Positions 8,977 through 19,063 of a DNA stretch of 45,426 bases are shown here, one piece after another. Below the pieces are notes generated by a model. It was not told the DNA's origin. It searched no databases and saw only the letters and a list, made by a program, of their open reading frames with translations. A program made the translations under genes and the position numbers. The DNA is from Promethearchaeota archaeon. Its GTDB lineage: Archaea > Asgardarchaeota > Lokiarchaeia > Sigyniarchaeales > SOKP01. The number at the start of each line of letters is the position of its first letter. Position 1 is the stretch's first letter. Location of the stretch: positions 1 to 45,426 of the forward strand of contig JAHLWH010000232.1 in assembly GCA_019058015.1 (NCBI GenBank). Reading direction: 5' to 3'.

Positions 8977-10452
8977 TTATGTATTCCACCTTCCAGGATT
9001 AAGAATTGCATTGGGGTCCATCATTTTTTTTACCTTCTCAAACAATTTTAGCCATCCAGGATTAATTTTTTTACGCATCTTTTCCGTCATCCAGGCAGGC
9101 GTTTTATAAGGGATACAACCCAATTCTAAACAAGTATCAATGATTTCTTCTAATAACTTATGAATTCTTTCCTCATCTTTAAATTTATCAAAGCGTATTA
9201 TTGGTCTAAATATGCAATAATGTGAATATTTCATACTTTTCATGTAAAGGTACAATGGAACATTATATTTTTTAAAAAGTTTATCTACTTTTTGTGATAA
9301 TTCTTCTATTTTATGAGAGGGAGCATAACTACCAAACCATGTTAAACCAGAATATTCAAATAAAGATAAAACCATTGATGGTAAATCAACTAAACTACGA
9401 AGTCTTAAGTTAAATAATTTTACAAATTCATCAAAATCTATTGAATATATTCTAATACCCTGTTGTTTAATTTTCTCAATTATGTTTAAATATATCTCCT
9501 TTTTTGCTTTATATTGATTCTCTGTATGAGCTGTTATTGTGGAAATCGACATCATTCTTGGCTCGCCCGGAAATGTTTTAGGTTCCGGAATTCCACAGCA
9601 CATTTTGACTATTTCAATGCTTCCAAGGGCAATATCATCAATAACCTCCGTCCTTCCAATTTCTCTACAAATTTCTCCTACATCCTTTAAGTTAAAAATT
9701 ATTAATGCTTCAAATTTTCGAATTGGTTTCTTTGGCCATAACTGAACTGCACATTTTGTTATTAATCCGGTCATCCCTTGCCAATTAACAAATAATCCCA
9801 TTAAATCGGGCATTGGATAACGACTCCACCAACTATCAGGGTCAGCTTCTTCCTTCCCATAAAAACATGAACCTATCCTTGCGATATCTCCATCAACTGT
9901 AATAACTTCTAAACCGTTAATAGAATCCCCCATTGATCCAATTTTACATGACATATTATTCATTCCGCTTAACATAGCATTTCCTACTACACCTGCATAG
10001 GGGGGTGCAAATGGATAATTATATCTAAGGTGGGGGAAGTTTTCATCTAAATGCTTTTTTAATTGTCCAAATGTCACTCCAGGTTCTAGTAAAGCATACA
10101 TCATATTTTCATTTATATGTAAAATTTTATTCATTTTTTTACCGAAATCTACGATAATTCCTCCCCGTTCCGGTATTGTGAGGCCTCCAACATTATTTCC
10201 AGAGATATAGGGAACGATAGGGATTACATTTTGATTACAATATTTAACTAATTCTACTAATTGTTCTTTATTTTCTGGGATTACAACAAAATCCGGCATA
10301 TTTGGAGCGCATTCGGTCATATCATAAGAATAAGGATATAAATCAACACTTTTACTTGATACATTCTCCTTTCCAAAAATTTCAACTAATTTTTGATAAA
10401 CTTCTTCTTTATTGACTTTTTCAAAAATATTTGTTTCTTTAGTGATTGTCAT
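8977..10452 (-). CDS. FAD-binding oxidoreductase, VAO/PCMH (GlcD/alkyl-DHAP-synthase-like) family
   Basis: PDFVVIP, GGIIVDF, EPGVTFGQL, QGMTGLITK and C-terminal DPNAILNPG; abuts the Fe-S partner gene. Confidence 0.9.
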   Translation of the reverse strand: MTITKETNIFEKVNKEEVYQKLVEIFGKENVSSKSVDLYPYSYDMTECAPNMPDFVVIPENKEQLVELVKYCNQNVIPIVPYISGNNVGGLTIPERGGIIVDFGKKMNKILHINENMMYALLEPGVTFGQLKKHLDENFPHLRYNYPFAPPYAGVVGNAMLSGMNNMSCKIGSMGDSINGLEVITVDGDIARIGSCFYGKEEADPDSWWSRYPMPDLMGLFVNWQGMTGLITKCAVQLWPKKPIRKFEALIIFNLKDVGEICREIGRTEVIDDIALGSIEIVKMCCGIPEPKTFPGEPRMMSISTITAHTENQYKAKKEIYLNIIEKIKQQGIRIYSIDFDEFVKLFNLRLRSLVDLPSMVLSLFEYSGLTWFGSYAPSHKIEELSQKVDKLFKKYNVPLYLYMKSMKYSHYCIFRPIIRFDKFKDEERIHKLLEEIIDTCLELGCIPYKTPAWMTEKMRKKINPGWLKLFEKVKKMMDPNAILNPGRWNT

Positions 10453-10464
10453 AAATTTTACCTC

Positions 10465-10887
10465 TTACCTGGTTTTCTTATTCAATTCAAAATAATTGGT
10501 ATTAGGTTCCGCTGCGACCATTTGCATAGAAACCATAAAAATATTGTAAAATTTAACCAAATTTGTACTATCGTTTCCTAATCCTTCCATCTCCATTAAA
10601 CCATTTTCCATACCAAAAATTGGATTTTCCCTACCGTAAGCGAAATCCAACATTGTTTGCAAGTTAAGCTTTACTTTCATATCAGCCTTATCGGATTTTC
10701 CCATCTCGAACTTTATCTCATTACCCTCAAAAATAACAGTTAATGGATAAAATGGTTCTATATGAATAACAACTTTCTTATTCCAGTTAGAGACAAGTTT
10801 AATGAATTCTTCTTCATTTTTTCTATAATTAAAAATGTTATACAAGGATATCGAAATTAAATCCTCGGGTTTTTGTATTGAAATCAT
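10465..10887 (-). CDS. SCP2 sterol/lipid-carrier-like protein
   Basis: 140 aa; GKSDKADMKVKL..LDFAYGRENPIFGMENGLMEMEG resembles the SCP2 C-terminal signature. Confidence 0.65.
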   Translation of the reverse strand: MISIQKPEDLISISLYNIFNYRKNEEEFIKLVSNWNKKVVIHIEPFYPLTVIFEGNEIKFEMGKSDKADMKVKLNLQTMLDFAYGRENPIFGMENGLMEMEGLGNDSTNLVKFYNIFMVSMQMVAAEPNTNYFELNKKTR

Positions 10888-10998
10888 CTTTTAATCACTT
10901 TAATTTTAGTAAACATTATTTATGTTATTATTTGATATTAGCTATAATTAATTTATATTTTTATAAAGTATTCAGAAAGTGATATAAAAATAGAACAT

Positions 10999-11751
10999 TT
11001 GCAAGATCTAAGGAAAATAATTGAAGCTTTTGTGAATAATAATGAAAATTTTAAAATTTATGATGCTCCCCAAAATCTATTAGAATATTTGATAAGTGTG
11101 GGATTAGGTGTTAAACTGGACTCATTTAAAGAAATTATTTTGGAAGAGGAAACTCAGATTGAATTGGGTGGTATTAAAAACTATTCAACTTCCGTAATTT
11201 ATCCAATATCAGATAAAAACTGTATTCATGACGGTAATATTATTTTAATTGGCCCTGAGATACAGGAGATTCAAGAAAACAATATAGATTTTGGTCAAAT
11301 TATAATTATTGCAGGAGAAAATATATCAGAATCTCACTACACTGACTTCCAGAGATTGCAGTTTATTTCTGATAGTATTGAGGGGTTCATGATTCGCTCA
11401 ATTCCTCGAAGATTTTGGTGTAGAATAAGTAAAGATGCAATTAAGAAAGGTTTTTCATTTAATTTATTGGGAAATTCAATTATATATCTATTCAAAAAAC
11501 AATTTCCGGAGTTAATAGAAGCTGTAGAAATAATTTTTATAAGCGCTAATGAGCAAAATATCAAAAAATTTCAAGAAGTTATTTCAAAAATTAGAGAAAT
11601 ATATAAAAGAAATTGGGCTAAAAAAATTGAAGAATGGAAAGAACGTGTAGATTGTAATTATGATTGGATCTGTGATGTGTGTCCTTATAACGAAACATGT
11701 TATAATATTTCAGATATATATGTGCTAAGAAAAAATATTGAATTCGACTAA
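10999..11751 (+). CDS. truncated acetyl-CoA synthase beta subunit (CdhC/AcsB)-like protein with a C-terminal Cys4 motif
   Basis: IELGG, DGNIILIGPEI and IEGFMIRSIPRRFWCRISKDAIKKGFSFNLLG resemble CdhC N-terminal/middle region; only 250 aa; ends CNYDWICDVCPYNETC; TTG start. Confidence 0.7.
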   Translation: MQDLRKIIEAFVNNNENFKIYDAPQNLLEYLISVGLGVKLDSFKEIILEEETQIELGGIKNYSTSVIYPISDKNCIHDGNIILIGPEIQEIQENNIDFGQIIIIAGENISESHYTDFQRLQFISDSIEGFMIRSIPRRFWCRISKDAIKKGFSFNLLGNSIIYLFKKQFPELIEAVEIIFISANEQNIKKFQEVISKIREIYKRNWAKKIEEWKERVDCNYDWICDVCPYNETCYNISDIYVLRKNIEFD

Positions 11752-11765
11752 TTAAAAAAATTATT

Positions 11766-12548
11766 ATGAGCCAAAAAAAGCCTTATATTATAGCAGTTAT
11801 AGGAAAGGGTGGTTCAGGAAAATCAGTATTTTGCGCCATCTCAATAATGATAATTGCTAATATGAAAAGATTTAAATTATTTGCGGTTGATGCAGACCCA
11901 ACTCATTCTCATTTATCTGATCTTCTTGATGTGAAAATTGATAAAAGTTTAGAAGCAATCAGGAAGGAAATTATTAAAACTGCAGCACAAGGAAGGGAAT
12001 CTGGAAAAATAAAATTGGCAGAAGACATAGATTATTTAGTTTATAATGCAATCGTTGAAAATAAAGATTTCTCCTTATTAGCTGTAGGACTTCCCGAAGG
12101 TCCTGGATGTTTTTGTCCAGCAAATAGTTTACTGAAAAAAGTAATATCTTCAATATCTTTGGATTTTGATATAGTTCTAATTGATTGTGAAGCCGGTTTG
12201 GAGCAAATAAGTAGAGAAGTAATCAGCAATGTAGATACAATAATCATAATATCAGACATTTCAGTTAGGAGTATAGAAACAGCTAAAACCCTACTTCAAA
12301 ACTCTAAAAAATTTACAAAATATAAACATATCGGTATTGTCGTTAATAGAGTTCGAGGAGATATATCTTATCTAAGAAAAAAAATTAATGATATGAATAT
12401 ACCAATTTTTGGAGAAATCCCTGAAGATGATAATGTTATAAAATTAGATATTGAAGGTAAATCAATGAGAAATTTATCCTTTGATACATCAATATATAAA
12501 AGTATTGAAAAAATTATACAGAAAGTTTTAGATTTCATGTATCATTAA
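11766..12548 (+). CDS. cooC: CooC/AcsF-type nickel-insertion ATPase
   Basis: GKGGSGKS deviant Walker A; VDADP; EGPGCFCPAN Ni-binding CxC; IDCEAGLEQISR. Confidence 0.88.
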   Translation: MSQKKPYIIAVIGKGGSGKSVFCAISIMIIANMKRFKLFAVDADPTHSHLSDLLDVKIDKSLEAIRKEIIKTAAQGRESGKIKLAEDIDYLVYNAIVENKDFSLLAVGLPEGPGCFCPANSLLKKVISSISLDFDIVLIDCEAGLEQISREVISNVDTIIIISDISVRSIETAKTLLQNSKKFTKYKHIGIVVNRVRGDISYLRKKINDMNIPIFGEIPEDDNVIKLDIEGKSMRNLSFDTSIYKSIEKIIQKVLDFMYH

Positions 12549-12591
12549 AAGATTTAAAGATATAATTAAAAAAAAAATTATAAGATATATT

Positions 12592-13992
12592 TTAAACACT
12601 TACATGTTTTTCTAATTTTTCTTTATGTAATTTATCAGATTCCAATTTTATCTGCTCATATTTTTCCTTAGTAATTGGAAATCGACTCATTGATACGATT
12701 CCAATGCATAAGGCAATCGCAGGGAATATAAACATCAAACTTCGAAGTCCAAATTCAACAATGTTTAAGTCCACATCCTCAGTAAAAACTTTCCAACCAA
12801 CACTAGTAAAAACTATACTAATTGTAAGAAATATTAAAATTGTTGATAATTTTGTTATCAAGGCATTTATTCCGTAATAACCCCCTTCTCGTCTTATTCC
12901 CGTAGTTAATTCATCCTCATCAATGACCGTAGCTAAAACGAGATCTACATATAATAAATCTCCTGCAAGACCTATTCCAACAATAAAAAACGCTATAAAG
13001 GCAGTAATAACATCAGAAATGAACATGAATGGAAGAAGTGTGATAATAAACGTAGCCATTGACATCATTAGACCTTTTTTTACTCCAACCTTAACAACTA
13101 CCCAACGCCAAAAAAATATAAATATCGCTGCAGAAATAAATGTTACTCCCAATAAAAGACCTAATATTGTTGAATTTGTTTCCTTCAATACAAATTCACC
13201 GTAGAGTGGAACAATGGTAGGAAGCATTCCTATAACATACCAATGTCCAAGATTTGCAATAATAAAAGTTCTAAATCCTTTGTTCTTTATTGAAACTTTT
13301 AAAGATTTCAATAATGAGGGAGCTGTTTTATAATCCTCAGAAAATTCAGCTCTTTCCCGTATACCAAATTTTATTAAGAAAATTGCGCCTATTGCTATGC
13401 AAATGCACATAAATATCCCTGCATAACTGTATTCGGTCAAATAAACAGGATTTGCTAATTCAGGAATGAAAAATGTTGGCATTATAAAAGCAAATATTAG
13501 ACCAATAACCGTAAAAATCTGCTTAATAGTATTAGCTTTTGCTCTATCACTTAATTTTAAGAACATCTCAGGAAATAAAGATGCATAGTTTAAATCAAAC
13601 ATCGTATAGAAGAATTCCCATATGATTATTATAACTAAAAAATATGTGAATTTTGTAATATCAGTTGTAAGAACCGGAGTCCACAATAAAATCATTATTA
13701 GACATAACGGGATAATGGCAGCAATAATATACGGTTTTCTTCTACCCCATTTTGTTCTCGTGCGATCAGATAATGCACCCAATAGAGGATCATTAAATGC
13801 ATTCCAAACAGACCAAATAATAAAACCAACCGTAATATAAATTACATCTAATCCAACTACAGCATAGTAAAATGTAAAAATTAAGAAGGTAAACATTTGG
13901 GAGGCAATTGTATCCGAGAATTGACCTACTCCATAGGCTGCTGCATTTCTTATCGAAAATTGTTCTTCAATCTTTCTACTTTCTTTACTCAT
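12592..13992 (-). CDS. MFS transporter, glycoside-pentoside-hexuronide (MelB-like) family
   Basis: WNAFNDPLLGALSDRTRTKWGRRKPY; DEDELTTGIRREGGYYG; about 12 hydrophobic segments. Confidence 0.92.
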   Translation of the reverse strand: MSKESRKIEEQFSIRNAAAYGVGQFSDTIASQMFTFLIFTFYYAVVGLDVIYITVGFIIWSVWNAFNDPLLGALSDRTRTKWGRRKPYIIAAIIPLCLIMILLWTPVLTTDITKFTYFLVIIIIWEFFYTMFDLNYASLFPEMFLKLSDRAKANTIKQIFTVIGLIFAFIMPTFFIPELANPVYLTEYSYAGIFMCICIAIGAIFLIKFGIRERAEFSEDYKTAPSLLKSLKVSIKNKGFRTFIIANLGHWYVIGMLPTIVPLYGEFVLKETNSTILGLLLGVTFISAAIFIFFWRWVVVKVGVKKGLMMSMATFIITLLPFMFISDVITAFIAFFIVGIGLAGDLLYVDLVLATVIDEDELTTGIRREGGYYGINALITKLSTILIFLTISIVFTSVGWKVFTEDVDLNIVEFGLRSLMFIFPAIALCIGIVSMSRFPITKEKYEQIKLESDKLHKEKLEKHVSV

Positions 13993-14137
13993 TTTTATTC
14001 ATTTATTTTAGATTTGAATTTAATTTATTGAATAAATTTTCATCAACAAATTATAAAATGTTTTAGTTTGGGAAATTTAATTTACAGTTAAATAGTTCTT
14101 CTAAATATTTAAAAGTATCAGCAAACCGTTCAATTCT

Positions 14138-15121
14138 TCATTTTTTTAATGTGGTAATTGGGCGGCTTTGTAATATGTATATTTTATCATTTTCTATTGC
14201 CCATTCAATATCTTGAGGTAAATTGAATGCATTTTCAATTTTTAATCCTAAATTATGAAGTTGGCGAAGTTGTTTTTCGTTTATAGAGCAGACTGTCCTG
14301 GATTTGGAGTCTGTTTCTATCAAAATGGTATATGATCCTTTAGGATTTTTAATCGACTTTTTCTCTTTTTTACCGATAATCCTCTTTATAATTTCGAATT
14401 GATTTTTTTTAATTATAATAGTATCTGGGATTATTAAATCATCCGCAATAGTATTACCAAGCCCCCATGTGGAATTTATCAACATTTGGTTCGAATCATT
14501 ATTTATTACATTAGATGTAAAAAAAACTCCTGATATTTGTGAATTAACCATTTGTTGAACAATAACAGCCATATAAATATCAGACAATGAAATATTTAAT
14601 CCTTTTTTCCACATTTGAAGGAAGTAAAGCATTGATCGAGGTGAAAATAATGATAACCAGCAATTTTTTAAAGATGCTATAATATCATGAATATTAATGT
14701 TACATAAATAGGTATCAGCTTGTCCAGCAAAGGAGAATTTTTTGGAATCTTCGATTGTTGCTGAAGATCTAACTGCGAAAGAAATTTTACTCCCAATTTT
14801 TTTTTTAATTTTATCAAATGCTACTCTGATTTCATCGATTATTATTTTAGGAATTTTTGATTTCAGTATTAAATCTCTGATTTTTATTGAGTCTTGTAGA
14901 ATTTCTTTTAAATGAAAACGTTTTGATAATAATTTCATCAATTTATCGCTGTATTCAGATTCTTCAAGGAATTTTCTATAAGATTTTGTATTGATAATGA
15001 ATCCGGGAGGGACTATTACTCCTATTTCGATTAATTTGATTAAATTGGATCCTTTACCTCCCAATAAATCAGTATTAGGTGTTACTTCTGAAAAAAATAC
15101 AACGTATTCCGAAAGTTTCAT
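14138..15121 (-). CDS. stand-alone PEP synthase/PPDK N-terminal ATP-grasp (nucleotide-binding) domain
   Basis: GGKGSNL, VPPGF, AVRSSATIED, SFAGQ, MAVIVQQMV, WGLG, PQDIEWA, ILQSRPITT, then stop; no His or pyruvate domain. Confidence 0.92.
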   Translation of the reverse strand: MKLSEYVVFFSEVTPNTDLLGGKGSNLIKLIEIGVIVPPGFIINTKSYRKFLEESEYSDKLMKLLSKRFHLKEILQDSIKIRDLILKSKIPKIIIDEIRVAFDKIKKKIGSKISFAVRSSATIEDSKKFSFAGQADTYLCNINIHDIIASLKNCWLSLFSPRSMLYFLQMWKKGLNISLSDIYMAVIVQQMVNSQISGVFFTSNVINNDSNQMLINSTWGLGNTIADDLIIPDTIIIKKNQFEIIKRIIGKKEKKSIKNPKGSYTILIETDSKSRTVCSINEKQLRQLHNLGLKIENAFNLPQDIEWAIENDKIYILQSRPITTLKK

Positions 15122-15388
15122 AGATATTCTTTGAAATTGTAATTAATAAAATATATTTAATTAAATATTAAAAATTTTTATCATTTTAAAATAACTCCTT
15201 TATTATTTTTATTTAATTTAATAAAAATAGCAAATACTACTTTCCTAATTTGTTAATTTTTTAATTTTTAAGATATCATAAAGCATATTTTTATTTGAAT
15301 CTTTTAAAAAATAAAGTTTTATTAAAGATTAAGAAAAATAATAAAATAATATTCATTCAAAATAATATTTTCAATATAGTTGATTTAG

Positions 15389-15745
15389 ATGAAAAAAATT
15401 GGGGAGGGATTATCTTGTTCATCCAATTCAGAAGTTACAGGAGAATTGGTGTATATTCAATCCGTTCAGGACGTTATAAATTTATTTGATGATGCCAATG
15501 GGAAAATATGCATAGTTGAGGATTCTGGTACTACTACTCTTGGTCCAATTTTATCAGAATTAGCCGGTGTATTGTGTCCAATAGGTTCTGTAGGCTCACA
15601 TCTTGCAATAGTTTCAAGAGAATTCGAAATACCTTGCATAATGAGTGTAGAATTTTTATTAGAAGATTTATCATCACTGAATAGAAAAAAGGGAAAAATT
15701 ATTACAGAAAGTGAAGCTAAGGGAATTATCTATTTACTTGAGTGA
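15389..15745 (+). CDS. stand-alone PEP-utilizing enzyme mobile (phosphohistidine swivel) domain, copy 1
   Basis: GVLCPIGSVGSHLAIVSREFEIPCIM matches the G..SH.AI..RE.GIP phospho-His signature. Confidence 0.88.
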   Translation: MKKIGEGLSCSSNSEVTGELVYIQSVQDVINLFDDANGKICIVEDSGTTTLGPILSELAGVLCPIGSVGSHLAIVSREFEIPCIMSVEFLLEDLSSLNRKKGKIITESEAKGIIYLLE

Positions 15746-15835
15746 TTTTTAATTTAAATCTAAAAATATTATTTTTAGAAAATGAGTTAATGTAGTTAAG
15801 ATCAAAAAATAAGAAGATTATAATGAGTGATTTAT

Positions 15836-17200
15836 ATGTTAGGTGATATTAGCGATGATGAAGCCAATGAACTAATCGCATTGTTTTCTAATAGTGTTAT
15901 AGAAAATTTTCTTAATCGAGGGATGGTAGAAAGTAAAGTATTTCCTGTAACGCATTACATTCACGTCGCCTGTTATATTTTATATGATCAATCTTATCAA
16001 TATAATATTTTAAAAAAAGTTGCAAGTAAGATATCTCCAGAGGACATCGCCAGAAGATCTAAATCCTTAGGCTCACGATTAAACCAGTTGTCTTTTTATT
16101 CTATATGCATGTTGTATTTACACGGTCGGGCTCAAGTTATTCATGATAATCTCACTAAAAAAAAGGTTGGCGAAACTAATATCGTTGTTGCGCCTGAAAC
16201 GAAGAAAAAAGAAACAAAATTCATTCTTGACTTTTGGAAAAGATTGAGTCCCAATTATCTCAATGATGGGCAGCTAACGGTGAAAAATAAAAAAATTAGA
16301 TGCCTTTCCGATGATTATATTAAAAAATTAAAAGATGATATGATCCCTATCAATAATAAAGAGATAACTAAGCGATTAAAACAAACAATCGCCCATTTGA
16401 CCATCTATAGTTTCCTTTCTCAAGCCGAGTGCCGATTGAGCATTTCTGAACAGGGACCATATTATTTTGAAGGCAACACTGAACCTTTAATATTCAAGGA
16501 ATTCCTGGATCTGCCTACTGGTGATGAAATATTTGGAATAGATATGTCTGGAAATATGCCATATAAAATCACCAAGATCGCACCAATTCCAAATGTAATA
16601 TTTGGAATGACGCTGAAAGATATGAAAAAAATCGAATTTAACGATTGGAGCACATTATTTGCCGATCCAGCTGAGTTTTCTTCAAACATAACATCAATAG
16701 GGATTTGGACAAGAGAATTAATGCATGAAAAAGATCTTAGGTATCCTGAAAATTTAGGTGATTTAAAACCCCTATCGCTTGATATCTTAGAGGAACTGTC
16801 TGAATTTGCAAAAAATGCCACGAAGGAATTATATATTGACATATCGAAATGGAGTTTTACTAAAAAATTGCTCTTCGGTACAAACCTTTATGCTAATTTA
16901 GTATCGGCTTTATGTACCCGTTATGCAGGATTAGAAGATGATTTTAACTGGACTTGGGCTTTTGATATTGCCGCAAATAAACCACTTAAGACTGACTCAA
17001 TAGATGAAAAAAGAATAAAGTTTTACATTGAAAAATTAGGCAAAAAAATAAAGACCAACCTAGATGAAAAAGAAGTAAAGAAATTGCATATTACAGCTTT
17101 AGAAAAATACCAAGGTGTACATCCTTTCCTTACACGAATATTTAGGCGTAGAAAACTCCAACAAATAGACCCGTTATATTATTATTTACAAGATGAATAG
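15836..17200 (+). CDS. uncharacterised ~454-aa protein, copy 1 (candidate substrate-binding subunit of the split dikinase)
   Basis: Long ORF; start moved from GTG 15827 to ATG 15836 to match paralog MLGDIS; no family recognised; function inferred from context only. Confidence 0.8.
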   Translation: MLGDISDDEANELIALFSNSVIENFLNRGMVESKVFPVTHYIHVACYILYDQSYQYNILKKVASKISPEDIARRSKSLGSRLNQLSFYSICMLYLHGRAQVIHDNLTKKKVGETNIVVAPETKKKETKFILDFWKRLSPNYLNDGQLTVKNKKIRCLSDDYIKKLKDDMIPINNKEITKRLKQTIAHLTIYSFLSQAECRLSISEQGPYYFEGNTEPLIFKEFLDLPTGDEIFGIDMSGNMPYKITKIAPIPNVIFGMTLKDMKKIEFNDWSTLFADPAEFSSNITSIGIWTRELMHEKDLRYPENLGDLKPLSLDILEELSEFAKNATKELYIDISKWSFTKKLLFGTNLYANLVSALCTRYAGLEDDFNWTWAFDIAANKPLKTDSIDEKRIKFYIEKLGKKIKTNLDEKEVKKLHITALEKYQGVHPFLTRIFRRRKLQQIDPLYYYLQDE

Positions 17201-17288
17201 TCAATTGTAGATTTAATAAAAAAAGTAAAATATATTCATAAAATAATAAATTGATATTACTTTTAAATAATATTTTTAGTTGATTTAA

Positions 17289-17645
17289 ATGAAAAAAATT
17301 GAGGAAGGCGCTTCTTGTTCGTCCAATTCAGAAGTTTTAGGAGAATTTGTGTATATCCAATCCGTTGAAGACGTAATAAATTTATTTGATGATGCTAACG
17401 GGAAAATATGTATCGTAGATGATTCGGGTACTAATACTCTTGGTCCAATTTTATCAGATTTAGCAGGAGTATTGTGTCCACTCGGTTCTGCGGGCTCACA
17501 TCTAGCTATAGTTTCAAGAGAATTCGAAATACCTTGTATAATGAGTGTAAACTTTTTAATAGACGATTTGTCATCACTAAATAAGAAAAAGGGAAAAAAA
17601 GTTACGGAAAGTGAAGCCAAGGGTATTATTTATTTACTTGAGTAA
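17289..17645 (+). CDS. stand-alone PEP-utilizing enzyme mobile (phosphohistidine swivel) domain, copy 2
   Basis: GSAGSHLAIVSREFEIPC; close paralog of 15389-15745. Confidence 0.88.
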   Translation: MKKIEEGASCSSNSEVLGEFVYIQSVEDVINLFDDANGKICIVDDSGTNTLGPILSDLAGVLCPLGSAGSHLAIVSREFEIPCIMSVNFLIDDLSSLNKKKGKKVTESEAKGIIYLLE

Positions 17646-17695
17646 TTAACAAAATTATTTTCAATTTAAATCTAAAATTATAAGGAGTTGTTTAT

Positions 17696-19063
17696 ATGCT
17701 AGGTGATATTAGCGACGAAGAAGCAAATGAACTAATCGCGTTGATTTCTAAGAGCGTTGTAGAAAATATTCTAAAGCGAGGAATGGTTGAAAGTAAAATA
17801 TTTTCAGTATCGCATTACCTTGCCGTTGCTTGTTATGTTTTATACGATCAATCTTATCAATATAATATCTTAAAAGAAGTTGCAAGTAAGATATCGCCTG
17901 AGGACATCGCCAGAAGATCGAAATCCTTAGGTCCAGGATTAAACCAATTGGCTTTTTATTCTACATGTATGTTGTATTTGCATGGTCGAGCTCAAGTTAT
18001 TCATGATAACCTCAGTAAAAAAAAAGCTGGCGAAACTAATATCGTTGTTGAGCCCGAAACGAAGAAAAAAGAAACAAAATTCATTCTTGACTTTTGGAAA
18101 AGATTGAGTCCCAATTATCTCAATGATGAGACATATATATTGAAAAATAAAAAAATTACGTGCCTTTCCGACGATTATATTGAAAAATTAAAAGATAATA
18201 TGATCCCTATAAATAATAATAAAGAGATAACCAAGCGTTTAAAGCAAACCATCGCCCATTTAACCATCTATAGTTTCCTTTCCCGAGCCGAGTGTAGAAT
18301 GAGCATATCTGAGCATGGACCATATTATTTTGAAGACAACACTGAACCTTTAATATTCAAAGAATTCCTAGAACTACATACTGGGGATGTAATGTTTGAA
18401 ATAGATATGACTGGAAATATGCCATATAAAATCACCAAGATTGCGCCGTTTTCAAATGTGATATTTGGAATGACGCTGAAAGATATGAACAAAATCGAGT
18501 TTAATGATTGGAGCACTTTATTTGCCGATCCAACCGATTTTTCTTCAAACATAACATCAATAGGGATTTGGACAAGAGAATTATCGCACCCAAAAGATCT
18601 TAGATATCCTGATAATATAGGTAAATTAAAACCCCTCTCGCTTAATATCTTAGAGGAACTGTCGAAATTTGCAAAAAGTGCCACGAAAGAATTATATATT
18701 GATATATCGAAATGGAACTTTACTAAAAAATTGCTTTTTGGGAGTCACGTTTATGTTAATAGCCTCTTAAGTGTGTGTGCCCAATACGCAGGTATAGAAG
18801 ATAACTTTAACTGGACTTGGCCTTTTGACTATGCCTCGGGTAAACCACTTAAAACTGACTTAATAGACAAAGAAAAAATAAAGTTCTATATTGATAAATT
18901 AGGGAAAAAAATAAAGACTAGCCAAGATGAAAAAGAAGCAGAAAAATTGCAAATTACAGCTTTAGAAAAATACGAAGGAGTACATCCATTTATGACGCGA
19001 ATCTTTAGGAGTAGAAGAGCCCAAAAATTAGACCCATTTTATTATAAATTACAAGATGAATAG
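17696..19063 (+). CDS. uncharacterised 455-aa protein, copy 2
   Basis: Close paralog of 15836-17200; AAGGAG upstream of ATG. Confidence 0.85.
   Translation: MLGDISDEEANELIALISKSVVENILKRGMVESKIFSVSHYLAVACYVLYDQSYQYNILKEVASKISPEDIARRSKSLGPGLNQLAFYSTCMLYLHGRAQVIHDNLSKKKAGETNIVVEPETKKKETKFILDFWKRLSPNYLNDETYILKNKKITCLSDDYIEKLKDNMIPINNNKEITKRLKQTIAHLTIYSFLSRAECRMSISEHGPYYFEDNTEPLIFKEFLELHTGDVMFEIDMTGNMPYKITKIAPFSNVIFGMTLKDMNKIEFNDWSTLFADPTDFSSNITSIGIWTRELSHPKDLRYPDNIGKLKPLSLNILEELSKFAKSATKELYIDISKWNFTKKLLFGSHVYVNSLLSVCAQYAGIEDNFNWTWPFDYASGKPLKTDLIDKEKIKFYIDKLGKKIKTSQDEKEAEKLQITALEKYEGVHPFMTRIFRSRRAQKLDPFYYKLQDE

Noticed and set aside
15295-15489. 64-aa ORF overlapping the swivel gene start (similarly 20076-20342, 36272-36478, 37636-37821)
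   Set aside because: Low-complexity translations of AT-rich intergenic DNA
14138-15745. Broken PEP synthase (ppsA) pseudogene
   Set aside because: The parts are on opposite strands, end at clean domain boundaries, keep their catalytic motifs, and no pyruvate-binding domain remnant is seen
15743-15835. Possible TGA (selenocysteine) read-through fusing swivel copy 1 to the downstream gene
   Set aside because: Copy 2 has TAA at the same position, and an in-frame TAA follows within a few codons
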